This document shows, piece by piece, positions 41,006-55,400 of a stretch of 64,000 bases of DNA. The position numbers and the translations under genes are program-made. Position 1 is the first letter of the stretch, and the number at the start of each line of letters is the position of its first letter. The stretch is from Eledone cirrhosa (taxonomy: Eukaryota). The notes beneath the pieces are model-generated. The model had not been told where the DNA came from. It did not search any database and was given only the letters and a program-made list of their open reading frames with translations. The stretch lies in contig OZ024747.1 of assembly GCA_964016885.1 (NCBI GenBank), positions 59,272,001 to 59,336,000 on the forward strand, in the 5' to 3' direction.

Positions 41006-42179
41006 GTGTGTGTGTCTGTGCGTGTGTCTATGTGTGTGTGTGTCTGTGTGTGTGTGTGTGTATGCGTCTAATTGCTGCTGCTGTTGTTGTTGTTGTTGTT
41101 GATAGTGGTTGTTGTTTCTTTCCTGCTCTCAGAGAACGGTGTTAGTAAGAATAACTTAGATTACTTGTCCGTGAATAGTAGCTAAATCGATTGGCTGAGA
41201 GTGACTGCGAGGAGTGAGTGTATAATATGCTGTGTATACTGTATTGTACGCTGTGTACAGTGCGTGTGTAATGTGTACGGCTTGTATGTATGAATGTGTG
41301 TATGTGTGAGTGTATGTGTGTGTATGTGTGTGTGTGTGTGCGTGTGTGTGTATGCGAGTGAGTACATGCTGCGAACAACAATACACGCAGCAAGTACTCT
41401 TTACTCTGGATGAGGTAAGATACTGCGTGTAGGTTAGCGAGAAATGTGCGTGCGTGTGTGAGTGTGCGTGCGTGCCTCTATAGAAATATATACACAACAC
41501 TCTGGCTCTTTCAGTGTGTGCGTGAAGGTGGGTGGGTGGGTGGGTCCATGCGTCCCGTTCTCTTTCTCTCTCTCTCCCTCTCGTCTTTCTCTCTCTCTCT
41601 CTCTCTCTCCCTCTTTCTTTCTCTCTCTGTGCGTGCGTGCGTTCCGATGTGTGTGTGTGTGTGTGCGTGAGTCTCCTTATAAGTGTGTCTGTGTGTCAGT
41701 GTGTCTGTGTGTTTGTGTTTTATTTAAGTCCTGGACGCTACTATCTCCAGGTGTACACGTAATATCGACACTCTCTCCTTCTCTCTCTCCCCCCTCTCTT
41801 TCTTTTTCTTTTTCTCTCCTTCTTTCTCTTTCTTCCACCCTCCCTCTCTCTCTCTCTCTCTCTTTCTTTTTTCTTTTTCTCTCTTTATTTCTCTTTCTTC
41901 CACCCTCCCCCCTCTCTCTTCATGTCTCTCACTCTCTTTCTGTCCATCTCTCCCGCTCTGTCCCTCCCTATCCCTCTCTTTTTCCTTCTCTCTCTCACTC
42001 TCTTCATCCCTCTCACTCTCTCCCTCTCTCTTTCTTACAAGTGCGTTATAAAATGTTTGTGTGTGTAAGTGCGTGTATGTGTGGGTGTGTCTGATTAATG
42101 TGTCAGAGTGCGTGCGTACGCGTGACTCTGTGTACGTGTGTGCGTGAATGTATGTGTGTGTATGTCTATGTGTGTATAT

Positions 42180-43037
42180 CACTATAACACCACAACCATC
42201 ACCACCACAGTACCACCACCATAACAGTACCACCACAACACCACTACTATAACACCACCACCACCATAGTACCACCACCATAACACTACCACCACAACAC
42301 CACTACTATAACACCATTACCACCATAACACTACCACCACAACACCACTACTATAACACCATTACCACCATAACACTACCACCACAACACCACTACTATA
42401 ACACCACCACCACCATAGTACCCACACCATAACACCATATCACCACCACCATAGTGCCCCCACCACCAATAACAACAACACCCAAACCATTACCACCACC
42501 ACCACCACCACCACCACCACCACCACCACCACTAACATCAACACTTACACCATCTCCACCACTAACTCCATCGCGGTGACCACGACCAGTTGTAAAAGCA
42601 CCACACCCCCACCACCACCACCACCACCACCACCACCAACACCCCCAATACCACCAATCACCACCACCACCAACAACAACAACAGTAACACCACCAACAA
42701 CAACAACAACACCAACAACCAGAACTAACAACACTGTGACCATCACCATCACAAACATTACAAACAACACCACCACCACCATCATCATCACCACCACCAC
42801 CAACCACAACAACCACAACAGTAACACCACCAACACCAACAACCAGAACTAACAACACTGTGACCATCACCACCACCACCACCAACAACAACAACAACCA
42901 CCAACAACACTGTGGCCACCACCACTACCACCACCATTACAACCACCAACACTGCGACCATCACCCCCACTACCACCACCACCAACAAGAACAAGACTGT
43001 GAACTTCACTACCACCACCACTAACAACAACATTGTT

Positions 43038-43068
<31 letters not shown>

Positions 43069-43772
43069 CCATCACCACCACTAACAACTACAACACTATT
43101 ACCACCACGCCACCACCACACCACCACCACCACCACCACCACCACTACCAACAACAACAACAACACTGTTACCACTACCACCACCACTACCATCACCACA
43201 TCACCACATCACCACTAACAACACTGTTACCACCACCACCAACAACAACAACACTGTTACCACTACCACCACCACTACCACCAACAACAACAACACTGTT
43301 ACCACCACCACTACCAACAACAACAACACCACCACCACCATCACCACCACCAACAACAACAACAACACTGTTACCACAACCACCACCACACCACAACCAC
43401 CACCACCACCACCATCACCACCACCACCACCATCTCCACCACCACCACCACCATCACCACCACCACCACCATCACCACCACCATCACCACCACCACCACA
43501 AACAACAATACTGTTACCACCACCACTACACCACCACCATCACCACCAACAACAACAACAACACTGTTACCACCACCACCACCACCACCACACCACCACC
43601 ACCACCACCACCACCACACCACCACCACACCACCACCACCACCACCACCATCACCACCAACAACAACAACAACACTGTTACCACCACCACCACCACCATC
43701 TCCACCACCACCACAACCACCACCATCACCACCACAACCACCACCATCACCACCACCACCACCACCACCACC

Positions 43773-43804
<32 letters not shown>

Positions 43805-44135
43805 CACTGTTACCACCACCACACCACAACCACCACCAACACCACCACCACCACCACCACCACCACCACCACCACCACCATCACCACCATCACCACCACC
43901 AACAACAACAACACTGTTACCACCACCACCACCACCACCGACCGCCACACCAACACCACCACCACCACCACACCACCACCACCACACCACCACCACCACA
44001 CCACCACCGCCACACCACCACCACCACACCACCACCACCACACCACCACCACACCACCACACCACACCACCACCACCAGCAACAACAACAACAACACTAG
44101 CAGTAACACCTCCAGCAGCAGCAGCAGCAGCAGCA
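42180..44135. repeat. (CAC/CAA)n low-complexity tract with recurring AACACTGTT anchor
   Basis: Direct inspection. Confidence 0.9.
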
Positions 44136-44442
44136 ACACTAAACCCCACCTACGATCACGCTCTGCAAATGTTCATTGCTCTACTCATCAATCTATGAGA
44201 CACACGCACGCACACATTAACACACCTACACACACACATTAACACACGGACACACACACACACGGACACACACACAACCGGACAAACTCATACATACACA
44301 TTAACAAACGGACACGGACACACACATAAACACACAGATATACTCACACAGACACACACACACACATTAACACATGGAGACGGGCATACTCACACATACA
44401 CATTAAACATATATTCTCAGGCAGGCACACAACCGACACATA

Positions 44443-44501
<59 letters not shown>

Positions 44502-44502
44502 G

Positions 44503-44574
<72 letters not shown>

Positions 44575-44994
44575 AATCCCTCCCTCCACTACTTAACCCT
44601 ACTGCGTGGCTTCTTAACCAAAAAGAGATTCAGTGAGACATAGAGAGGGAGGGGGCGGACGTAGGGTCGGGGTGAGAGGAGAGTAGATGAATTGAGAGAG
44701 GGAGTGAGAGTTTGGGGTAGGAAGTGAGAGAGTGAGTGATGGAGTGGCTGAGAGAAAGAATGAATGAAGAGGTGTGTAAGAAGAATAGCAGAAGGGGGAA
44801 ACAGAAGGAGAAGAAGGGGAATAGAGGAGGGGGAGGAAGAGGAGGTGGTGGTGGAGGAGGAAGGAGAAATGTGAGAGGAGGAGGCGGAGGAGATAGGAGA
44901 GATGTGAGAGGCAGAAGAGGAGGTGATCGCAAGTGGAAAGTATCGGATTTCTGATCAAAATTAACAAATTCTAAAATAAAAAAAAACAGGGTAG

Positions 44995-46550
44995 TTAGTG
45001 TTGTGGTGGTGGTAGTAGTGGTGGTGGTGAGGTGGTGGAGGTAGTGGTGGGTTCGGTGGTTGTGGTGGTGGTGAGGAGGTGGAGGTAGTGGTGGGTTCGG
45101 TGGTTGTGGTGGTGGTGGTAGTGGTGGTGGTGGTGAGGAGGTGGAGGTAGTGGTGGGTTCGATGGTTGTGGTGGTGGTGGTAGTAGTGGTGATGGTGGTG
45201 GTGAGGTGGTGGAGGTAGTGGTGGGTTCGGTGGTTGTGGTGGTGGTGGTAGTAGTGGTGATGGTGGTGGTGAGGTGGTGGAGGTAGTGGTGGGTCCGGTG
45301 GTTGTGGTGGTGGTGGTGTTTGTGGTGGTGAGGAGGTGGAGGTAGTGGTGGGTTCGGTGGTTGTGGTGGTGGTGGTGTTTGTGGTGGTGATGAGGTGGAG
45401 GTAGTGGTGGGTTCGATGGTTGTGGTGGTGGTGGATATAGTTGTGATGGTGGTGGTGTGGGTATGGTGGCAGTGGTGATCTTAGTGGTAGTGGTTGTGGT
45501 GGTGGTGGGTTGGGTGGGTGTGATGACTGTGGTGGTGGTGGTGTCGGTATGGTGATCATAGTGGTGGTGGTGGTGGTGGTGGTGGTGTGGGTATGGTGGC
45601 AGTGGTGATCATAGTGGTAGTGGCTGTGGTAGTGGTGGTGGTGGTGGTGGTGGTGGTGGTGGTGGTGGTGTGGGTATGGTGGCAGTGGTGATCATAGTTG
45701 TGGTGGTAGTGGTTGTGGTGGTTCCTGGTTCCGTCACAGTTGAAATGTCCGCGGTTTCGATTTTTAAGTTGGTTGCGATAAGGAAGAAGTTGATGTCGGT
45801 TTTTGTGTTGTCGTCGTCGTCGTTGTTGTTGTTGGTGGTGGTGGTGGTGGTGGTGATCATGGTGGTGGTAGTGGTGGTGGTGGTGTTAACACTGGTGGTG
45901 GTGGTGGTGGTGGTGGTGTTAACAGTGGTGGTGGTGGTGGTGGTGGTGATCATGGTGGTGGTAGTGGTGGTGGTGGTGTTAACAGTGGTGGTGGTGGTGG
46001 TGGTGGTGGTGGTGATCATGGTGGTGGTGGTTATGGTGTTAACAGTGGTGGTGGTGGTGGTGGTGGTGGTGATGGTGATCATGGTGGTGGTGGTTATGGT
46101 GTTAACAGTGGTGGTGGTGGTGGTGATGGTGTTAATGGTGATGGTGGTGGTGGTGATGGTGTTAACGGTGGTGGTGGTGCTGGTGATGGTGTTAATGGTG
46201 GTGGTGGTGGTGATGGTGTTAACGGTGCTGGTGGTGGTCGTCGTGGTGTTAACGGTGGTGGTGGTGTTGGTGGTCGTCGTGGTGTTATTGGTGGTGGTGG
46301 CGATGGCGTTAACGGTGGTGGTGGTGGTCGTCGTGGTGTTAACGGTGGTGGTGGTGTTGGTGGTCGTCGTGGTGTTAATGGTGGTGGTTGTGGTGATGGT
46401 GTTTGCAAATGGTATAATGCAGTGGTAGTGGTAGGGGTGACCGGGCCATGAAAACTAGGAGTAGTAGTTGTGGTGGTGGTGGTGATGGTGGTTGTATTAG
46501 TAGTACTAGTTGTCATTGTAGTGGTATTAGTAGTAGTAGTAGTAGTAGTA
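44995..46550. repeat. (GGT)n low-complexity tract with recurring GTGTTAAC and GTGATCAT anchors
   Basis: Direct inspection. Confidence 0.9.
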
Positions 46551-46918
46551 GAGGCGCGGGAGGAGGAGTTAAGAAGCTATGACGGTGATTTTATAGCAAA
46601 GAATGTTTAAGTTAGAGATGGGACAGCCTGACAGACGCAAGTTCACTTTTAACTTACTTGTAACACATACACACACATATACACACACATATATACACAC
46701 ATACATATACATATACACACACACACATACAATCATACACACGCACACACATATACACACACATACACACACACACCACACATACACATACACACACACC
46801 CATACACACACGCATATATATATATTTATACATACATACATACATCCACACCCACGCACATCAACATGTATATACATACATACATATACATTCAAACATA
46901 CATACGTATACATATATA

Positions 46919-46958
<40 letters not shown>

Positions 46959-47492
46959 ATATACACATATGTCCACTGACTTCAACACTTCGCCTCCCCC
47001 TCTTCTTTCTCTGTCAATCCTTCTCACACTCATTTCTTGGTTCTCTTCTTTTCCCATTTGTCCCTATCTTTCATCTTTACTCTCCTTCTTCTTCCCTTTC
47101 TCCCCCCCCCCCCACCTTCCGTCCCTTCATAAACAACATTTATCTTCACTTCTTTATCTTCACTTCCGTCTCTCTCTCACTTTCTCTTCTTCTACATATC
47201 TCTCTTTTCACATATCACTATCTCTTTTCTTGTCTCCCTTCGGACACCTGTCTTACTCTCTCTCTTTCTTTCTTTCTTTCTTTTTCTTTCTCTCTGACTC
47301 CCAGCCCTCTCTGTCTCTGTCTGATTGTATGTATTTATCTCTCACTCTCTCCCGCTCTCTATCTATCTATCTAACTATCTATCCATCTATCTATCTATCA
47401 CTCACTCTCTTTCCATCACTTATGTTCCTGGCATCTCACCTATCTTATATAACCGCTGTCATTCTTGTTACTATTGTGGTATTGATGATAAT

Positions 47493-47679
47493 TGTTTCTA
47501 CTATTGGCACAAGGCCAGCAAATACTCAGTACATTACTGGTACTTTATTTTATCGACCCCGTAAGGATGAAAGGCAAAGTTAACCTCGGCGGGATTTGAA
47601 CTCAGAATGGCAAGGACCGTAACTCTATGCTGGAAATCGTGGTGTTCGACCCTCTACCGATACTGCCAATTCACCGCCC
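47493..47679 (-). mobile_element. tRNA-derived SINE, full length
   Basis: 18-bp TSD TGTGGTATTGATGATAAT. Confidence 0.92.
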
Positions 47680-47762
47680 TGTGGTATTGATGATAATGTG
47701 TGTATGTTATAGTTGAGATAGAGAGGTGGGAGGGAGGGAGAGAGAAAGAAATTATAACACAC

Positions 47763-47794
<32 letters not shown>

Positions 47795-47799
<5 letters not shown>

Positions 47800-48010
47800 T
47801 TCTATATTTGCCACAAGGGCGCACAAGAAAAGAGGACAATACACAGACATGCCGGGGATTTTACATACAGTCGTGTAAAAATATTGAAACAAACAATTAT
47901 AACAATCGAAATCCCCAATAGGGGGAGGCGTCACAAATGGGTTGTTTAATACCCCGTCGATAGAACAACCCTCAACTTCAGGAGCGTGTTGTGCAAGTTA
48001 TCCCTTCATC
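47795..48010 (-). mobile_element. 3' UTR fragment of a Tx1-like LINE in (GATA)n
   Basis: Similar to 56995-57190 (GCCACA.GGGC.C...AAGA, CCCCAATAGGGGGAG, CAACCCTCA); (GATA/GACA)n on both sides. Confidence 0.65.
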
Positions 48011-48057
48011 TAGACAGACAGACAGACAGATAGATAGATAGACAGACACAGACAGAC

Positions 48058-48116
<59 letters not shown>

Positions 48117-48304
48117 GGATCTGCCGCACTCTAGGTTCAAATCCCACCAGTGTCAATAAACATAGCAGTAGTCTAGGACCAGGATGGTTGATTTGTGGGG
48201 GTGTTGGTCCGTCGTTCAGAGGGCCAGAATAAACTTACATGGGGACCCTAGCAAGCCCTTATATACATTGTTTATACTAGCAAAAAAAATAATTTAGAAC
48301 CCTT

Positions 48305-48530
48305 TAAATAATTGTTTCTACTTTAGGCACAAGGCCAGCAATTACCCAGTACATTACTGGTACTTTATTTTATCGACTCCGTAAGGCTGAAAGGCAAAGT
48401 CAACCTTTAAATAATGGTTTCTGATTTAGGCACAAGGTAAACAATTTTGGAGGAGGAGAAGGTCGATTAAATCGACATCAGTGTATTACTGGTACTTTAT
48501 TTTATCGACTACATAAAGGATGAGAGCCCT
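48305..48530 (-). mobile_element. Two tandem 5'-truncated SINEs
   Basis: Repeated target CCTTTAAATAAT / CCTCTAAATAAT bracketing each copy. Confidence 0.8.
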
Positions 48531-48978
48531 CTAAATAATATAAACACATGGGTACATCCCAGTCACCAGCTGCTTCCCCTTAACCCGCTGCTGGTCTGGC
48601 GATATGACTTGCAGTATTTGCTTGTGCGCACTGTGTGCAAATCGCGACTCCTGTCAAGTGCGATGACAAACAAGCGCGGGAATGTCCTTTAGCAAGTGCC
48701 TCAGTCGTTTCAGCTGGTCTGACACTCTTAACGTCAGCAGCAAACGTACATTTTTTTTATTATCATTTACACACACAACACACACAAATATAAACATGTA
48801 TATATATATATGTGTGTGTGTATATATATATGAAAGGTATAGAAAATATTGTAGCAAAAAGCCAACAGTATTCCATAATATATAAGTGACGATAGTGTCA
48901 AAATGGGAAAATAGTTAACGTAAGATGTGGGGAAAATAATTCAAACTAAACTCAAAAAGAATCAGGATATAGATTCAT

Positions 48979-49079
<101 letters not shown>

Positions 49080-49429
49080 TGTGTGTGTGTATGGGTCTAA
49101 TATTCATGTATTACGTAAAGTGTACAGGAATAAAATATATAAAAGGCAATCAGATAGATAGACAGACAGACAAACAAGCACATAAATAGATGGATGGATA
49201 GATAGATAAATAGATAGATTAAGTAAATAGAAATATACTGTGTGTGTCTCTGTCTGTGTATATATAAATGTGTGTGTGTGTGTGTGTAGTAATATCCCGA
49301 CAAGCCGAGATCACGATGTGTGTTCGATAACAAGGTAATCTCTTGATGTAGCTGGGAGTGGTGGTCAATTTGCAGGACACAGTAAGATTTTAAGGATAAG
49401 AGAATAATTACACACACACACACATGTAT

Positions 49430-49475
<46 letters not shown>

Positions 49476-49499
49476 CAGATAGTGTGTGATAAAAGCCAG

Positions 49500-49606
49500 C
49501 TAGACCATAACTCACCAGAGTACTCAATACTTGGGGTACTAGAGTGGGTAATATGAAAAGATTCAGGACCCCGACGACTGAGCTCCTGCCGTTTCGACAG
49601 TTAGAT
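49500..49606 (-). mobile_element. Family A fragment (hammerhead 3' half and tail)
   Basis: Minus strand: guc GAAA cggc aggagcuca gucg UC gggguc ... GTATTGAGTAC. Confidence 0.65.
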
Positions 49607-49869
49607 TATATATATATATATATATATATGTGTGTATATATGTGTGTGTGTGTGTGTATGTATGTATATATATACATAAATATGTATACACACACACACA
49701 TATATATATGTGTGTGTGTGTGTATACATACATATGTATAAACACACACACATATATATGTGATATATATATATATATATGCTTACGATCCTAATAAATA
49801 TTGCCTGTACAGGTAATCAAAGAGTGTATACATTTTTGGAGGACATCGTATATGTGTATATATACTTAT

Positions 49870-49901
<32 letters not shown>

Positions 49902-49921
49902 ACACACACACACACACACAT

Positions 49922-50004
<83 letters not shown>

Positions 50005-50107
50005 CATGTGCACTGAACAAGCGATACTCGGCTTGGTCGCCAGGCCTGCTTGAAATAGCAGCCAAACATGATACTAATAAGGCATAGTGTGTTAGCATTT
50101 CTGTGTT

Positions 50108-50154
<47 letters not shown>

Positions 50155-50217
50155 ATATATATATGTGTGTGTGTATATGTTAATGCTTCATGTACGTCTG
50201 GATGTATGCGTATATGT

Positions 50218-50258
<41 letters not shown>

Positions 50259-50984
50259 GCTCACAGATATATTTCTTTATACGAGTTGTTCTGTGTCAAT
50301 AAAACTCGGTGTAGTTCCTAACATTAAACTCAAATGAACCCCGATAAAGAAAGACTTTCCAGCCGTGATCGTCCTACCTTTGTTGTTCATGTCATTTATT
50401 TAGGGTGCTATGTGAGGGGTATTTAGTTGCTGTTTCTAGACATGGTGTATCGTCTGCTTACACGTGTGTATTTCTATGTAGTAAAGTATACACTTGAATG
50501 ACATGTTACGTGTATGCTGTATGAGTGTGTGTGTGGGAGAGACTATATGTGTGTGTGTGTGTGTGTGAGAGACTATATGTGTGTGGGAGAGACTATATAT
50601 GTGTGTGTGAGAGAGACTATATGTGTGTGGGAGAGACTATATGTGTGTGTGTGGGAGGGAGACTATATGTGTGTGTGTGTGTGAGAGAGAGAGAGACGAT
50701 GTGTATGTGTGTGTGAGAGAGAGACTATATGTGTATATGTGTGTGTGAGAGAGAGAGACTATATCTATATGTGTGTGTGGGAGAGAGAATATATGTACGC
50801 ATGTGTGTATGTGTGTGTGTGTTAGAGAATATATGTACATACATATGTGTGTCAATATGTGTACATATGTGTGTGTGAGAGAGAGCGAGAGAGAGAGAAT
50901 ATATGTACATGTGTGTGTGTGTGAGAAATAGAATATATGTACATGTGTGTGTATGTATAGATATCGAAAGTGAAATACATATGT

Positions 50985-51959
50985 AGTAGTGGTGGTGGTG
51001 GTTGTAGTGGTGATGGTTGTAGTGGTGGTGGTTGTAGTGATGGTGGTGGTTGTAGTGGTGGTGGTGGTGGTGGTGGTGGTAGTGGTGGTGTAGTAGAGGT
51101 GGTGGTGGTGGTAGTAGTGGTGGTGGTGGAGGTGGTGGAGGTGCTGGTGGTGCTGGTGGTAGTGGTGGTAGTGGTGGTGTGGTAGGGGTGGTGGTGGTGG
51201 TAGTGGTGGTGGTGGTGGTGGTTGTAGTGGTGGTGGTTGTAGTGATGGTGGTGGTTGTAGTGGTGGTGGTGGTGGTGGTGCTGGTGGTGGTGGTGGTAGT
51301 GGTGGTGTGGTAGAGGTGGTGGTGGTGGTAGCGGTGGTGGTGGTGGTGGTCGTCGTCGTGGTTGTAGTGGTGGTGGTTGTAGTGGTGGTGGTTGTAGTGA
51401 TGGTGGTGGTTGTAGTGGTGGTGGTGGTGGTGCTGGTGGTGGTGGTTGTAGTGGTGGTGGTGGTGGTGGTGGTGCTGCTGGTGGTGGTGGTGGTGGTGTG
51501 GTAGAGGTGATGGTGGTGGTAGTGGTGGTGGTGGTGGTGGTGGTAGTGGTGGTGGTGGTAGTGGTGGTGGTGATAGTTGTGGTAATGGTGGTGGTGTTGC
51601 TAGTGCTGGTGGTAGTTCTGGTGGTAGTGGTGGTGGTGGTAGTGGTGGTGGTGGTAGTGGTGGTGGTGATAGTGGTGGTGGTGGTAATGGTGGTGGTGTT
51701 GCTAGTGCTGGTGGTAGTGCTGGTGGTAGTGGTGGTGGTGGTAGTGGTGGTGGTGGTAGTGGTTGTGGTGATAGTGGTGGTGGTGGTAATGACGGTGGTG
51801 TTGCTAGTGCTGGTGGTAGTGCTGGTGGTAGTGCTGGTGGTAGTGGTGGTAGTGGTGGTAATGGTGGTCGTGGTGGTGGTGGTGGTGGTAGTAGTCGTGG
51901 TAGCGGTGGTGGTGGTAGTGGTGGTGGTGGTGGTGGTGGTGGTGGTGGTGATGGTGGTG

Positions 51960-52024
<65 letters not shown>

Positions 52025-52076
52025 TGTATTGGTAGTAGTAGTAGTGGTAGTAGTAGTAGTAGTAGTAGTGGTAGTG

Positions 52077-52127
<51 letters not shown>

Positions 52128-52155
52128 CTGGTAGTGGGTGTGGTGGTGGTGGTGA
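50985..52155. repeat. (GGT/AGT)n trinucleotide tract
   Basis: Direct inspection. Confidence 0.95.
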
Positions 52156-52324
52156 TATATAAAAGTACTGACGAATAAATATGAAGGACTGACTTTTGGA
52201 TGTGTCTATTTCTATAGATGTGTCTCTGTATGGAAATGAAAGAATACGTACGTATGTATGTTTGTATGTACGTACGTATGTACGTACGTACGTATGTATG
52301 TACGTATGTATGTATATATGTGTG

Positions 52325-52795
52325 TACCATGGGCCCAGCACTATGTGTCAATAATTGTCACAAGTGTAGTGTTTGTACCAGAGTTTTCAAGTCGCTGGCT
52401 GGACTAAAAAGTCACACTCGTTCAGCGCATCGGTAGGAGTTCTCCTACATGGATATAAAGTAGTGGCCGTACTCGAAAACGAGTTGGCAACCACCATATA
52501 TGTATGTATGTATGTGTGTATGTATGTATGCCTTTGCTCACTATAAAAGCTTCACGGAACAGGCATTGCTTTATATCTGGAGATCTCTCTGCACTTGTCG
52601 TCACATGGTACCATGGGCCCAGCACTATGTGTCAGTAATTGTCACAAGTGTAGTGTTTGTACCAGAGTTTTCAAGTCGCTGGCTGGACTAAAAAGCCACA
52701 CTCGTTCAGCGCATCAGTAGGGGTTCTCCTACATGGATATAAAGTAGTGGCCGTACTCGAAAACGAGTTGGCAGCCACCATGTATGTATGTATGT
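52325..52795 (+). mobile_element. Two tandem RTE-like 3' ends, each with a (TATG)n tail
   Basis: CHKCSVCTRVFKSLAGLKSHTRSAH occurs twice; same family as 29797-30050. Confidence 0.7.
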
Positions 52796-52797
52796 AA

Positions 52798-53385
52798 GTT
52801 CTTCTGGTTTTATAATTTCACAAATTTTTACCAATGGAAAGAGAGTTGCTTTCTAACATAGATACAAGACTCTCTCATTGGAATTTACACAACATCAGCT
52901 AGATAGATATGTATGTATGTCTGCATGCATGCATGTGTGTGCAGGTATGGATGTTATTGTATGTGTGGATGTGGATGTTTTGAGTTGTATGTGTGCATGT
53001 GTATATGCTTAGTATCTGTACATGTATATATGCAGTTATTAGATGCAGAATCTTAAAAGTTTTTTTACATATTTTTACTGTTCCATTAATGGATTGTACT
53101 TGTAATTTCCTAACCAGTTGTGTTCTTTCTGTTCCTATGAAGCCCAGCTTCTCAAGATTTGTATTGAGGCAGTTACTAACATACCCCAGTGTCCCAGTAA
53201 ACACATGTATAAATCATAAGGTATAGCCAAGGTGGAATATCTGCAGATTTCTCATTAGTTCTGCATTGATATTCTCCTTTTCGCTAATCTTTAATATTAT
53301 ATTATCATCTGCTGGGCAACTAACTTCCACTACTGTGCATGCCTTCTTTTTACTGTTCCATATTTATCTGGTCTGTTATGTGTAT
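52798..53385 (-). mobile_element. 3' part of an R4-like LINE with RLE domain, decayed
   Basis: Minus strand NRPD...CTVVEVSCPADDNI..KISEKE...TLGYV...GTVKICK; (TATG)n on both sides. Confidence 0.75.
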
Positions 53386-53710
53386 ACGCATGTATGTATG
53401 TATGTATGTAAGTATGGATGGATGTGTATAAGTGTATCACCCCCAACTAGGTCCTTGATATTGATGCCCTCAATCACCATATACTCTAACTAGTGTCCGA
53501 TTCGAAAATATTTTTCCTATTGTATCAAACGTTAAACTAATATATTTCTTCATTGTACTGTGTTGTCTACTTCGTTGTTTCTGTTTACTTTTCGCATATA
53601 TATACATATGTGTGTGTGTGTGTGTTTGTAGGTTCTTGAGTTGTGTCGGAGCGTAACCACAGTTTAAAAGGTACTCAATAAGTTGGTAGTGTATAGGCAT
53701 CTTTATTATT

Positions 53711-53826
53711 TATAGAAATGACTTTTACAAGACTAAAACTGTTTCATTCGTATGAAATCATCAGGAATGTCCTGGCGATTTCGTACGAATGAAACAATTC
53801 TTGTCCTGTAGAAGTCTTTTCTCTAT
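53711..53826. mobile_element. Family B fold-back hairpin with decayed hammerheads
   Basis: Minus strand: gacauuc CUGAUGA uuucauacgaau GAAA caguuuuagucuug UA aaaguc; plus arm has CTGGCGA. Confidence 0.7.
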
Positions 53827-53860
53827 ACAATATATATATATATATAATATATATATATAT

Positions 53861-54020
53861 AATTGTTTCTACTTTTGGCACAAGGCCAGCAATTACCCAG
53901 TGCATTACTGGAACTTTATTTTATCGACCCCGTAAGGATGAAAGGTAAAGTTAACCTCGGCGGGATTTGAACTCAGAATGGTAAGGGCCGTAATTCTATG
54001 CATCAAAGCATGGCGACCGA
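53861..54020 (-). mobile_element. tRNA-derived SINE, 5'-truncated
   Basis: Family consensus match. Confidence 0.85.
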
Positions 54021-54076
54021 TATATAATAAAATAAAACAAGGACAAGTGGTTACTCCTTCTGTACGTTTATTGGTT

Positions 54077-54161
54077 GGCGACGCGCGTTTCGCCACCGAT
54101 CAGCTCAAAGTTCGATCTGTATCGATCTAGCCCGACTCTGTAATCCACGGCTCGTCAGACC
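54077..54161 (-). ncRNA. Type I hammerhead ribozyme motif, family D
   Basis: Minus strand: ggu CUGACGA gccguggau [..] aucgguggc GAAA cgcgcg UC gcc, then AATAAA 4 nt later. Confidence 0.78.
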
Positions 54162-54207
54162 CCTTTTAATGGCAATGAAAAAATGATTATACATGGCGTA
54201 CTAGAAA

Positions 54208-54250
<43 letters not shown>

Positions 54251-54253
<3 letters not shown>

Positions 54254-54366
54254 GGTGTGTGTGTGTGTGTGTGTGTGTGTCCCAAATATATACATACTTC
54301 AACGCACCATTCAAATAGGTATTGCTGCCTGTACAGATTTTGTATACATTATTTGGAGGACACCCT

Positions 54367-54367
<1 letters not shown>
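54251..54367. mobile_element. Tc1/mariner-like MITE
   Basis: TA|CAGGGTGT[(GT)n]CCC...GGAGGACACCCTG|TA. Confidence 0.65.
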
Positions 54368-54462
<95 letters not shown>

Positions 54463-54774
54463 TTCGCTAGTTAGCCGAAAGAAAAGATGCTTTATTCCAG
54501 TAAATGTGTAATTCTTCCCCCGACCTCCGCCTATCGATTTTAAGTGAAAACGAAATTTAACATTTATTTTCTCTAATTTGAATAAAATTATTCCAGATGC
54601 TTCTAGGTATTTTCATAACTTACAATAGCGGTTGTCTGTATTTCACAAACACCATTTACAAACAGCCGTCGTTATAATATATATTCCAGTAACCCTTGAA
54701 ATTCTAAGAATTAAAAGACTGTTGAAGCTCAGATTCCAGTGTAATTTTGACGTTGCATTGATTGAGGGGTATAT

Positions 54775-55400
54775 AATAGAAAATAGTAACCTAAGTTAAC
54801 ATGAAAGAACAGCCGAACTCCCACTGTCATCACCTCCATCTCTCTCTCGCCCTCCCCATCTCTCCGTATGGTGAGCAAATGGGGTCCCTCATGCTGGCCT
54901 CCCCCCACAGCCCCGGCGGACAGAATGGTGAAGGCGTTTCCCCGGAGGATGATAAGGGAGATGCGCTGGAAGAGACATTCCATCTCGCGAGGCTCACACC
55001 TGCGGCTGGCCAGCTCAGCGCCTATGGTGGTGAGTAGGGAGGTAGCCCTAGGGCCGAGGACTCCAGAAGTCTCCACTGCCAAGGGCACGACCGCGAACCT
55101 GTCGGAGAGTGACCGGTACTTGGTGAGTTTGGCCTCCTCAGCCCGACGTTCAGCAGAACCTGGGTTAGTCGCAGACTGCACCAGGTTGCGGCTGGAGAAA
55201 GTGTCGCTGCAAGTGGCATCCCAGACGACGGGTTTGCAACCGCGGAACGGGAAGATGGTTATACCGTTTGGCCTTTTCCCGTCCCCTCGGTCCAGCCCCA
55301 CCGGCTCAAGCTGGGAGGGGAAACCTGCAGCGTCTAAGCCATACTTTATGACCTCGTGGAGGGCAGCATAGCGTGGAAGGCGGCCGGCACTGTAACGACA
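54775..55400 (-). mobile_element. 3' fragment of a CRE-clade LINE (restriction-like endonuclease domain)
   Basis: GR..R.AAL.EVI...EP.GL.R.DGKRP(N)G.TI.P...KP.VWDATC.DT...AE..K..KY...F..VPLAVETSG..G...LFQRIS..I.RGNA; catalytic PD reads PN; splits a copy of the local ~120-bp repeat. Confidence 0.8.

Noticed and set aside
50725-52351. Mucin- or extensin-like long ORFs (also 42912-44198, 35240-37006, 8251-8943)
   Set aside because: Stop-free simple repeats with no signal peptide, splice context or unique domain
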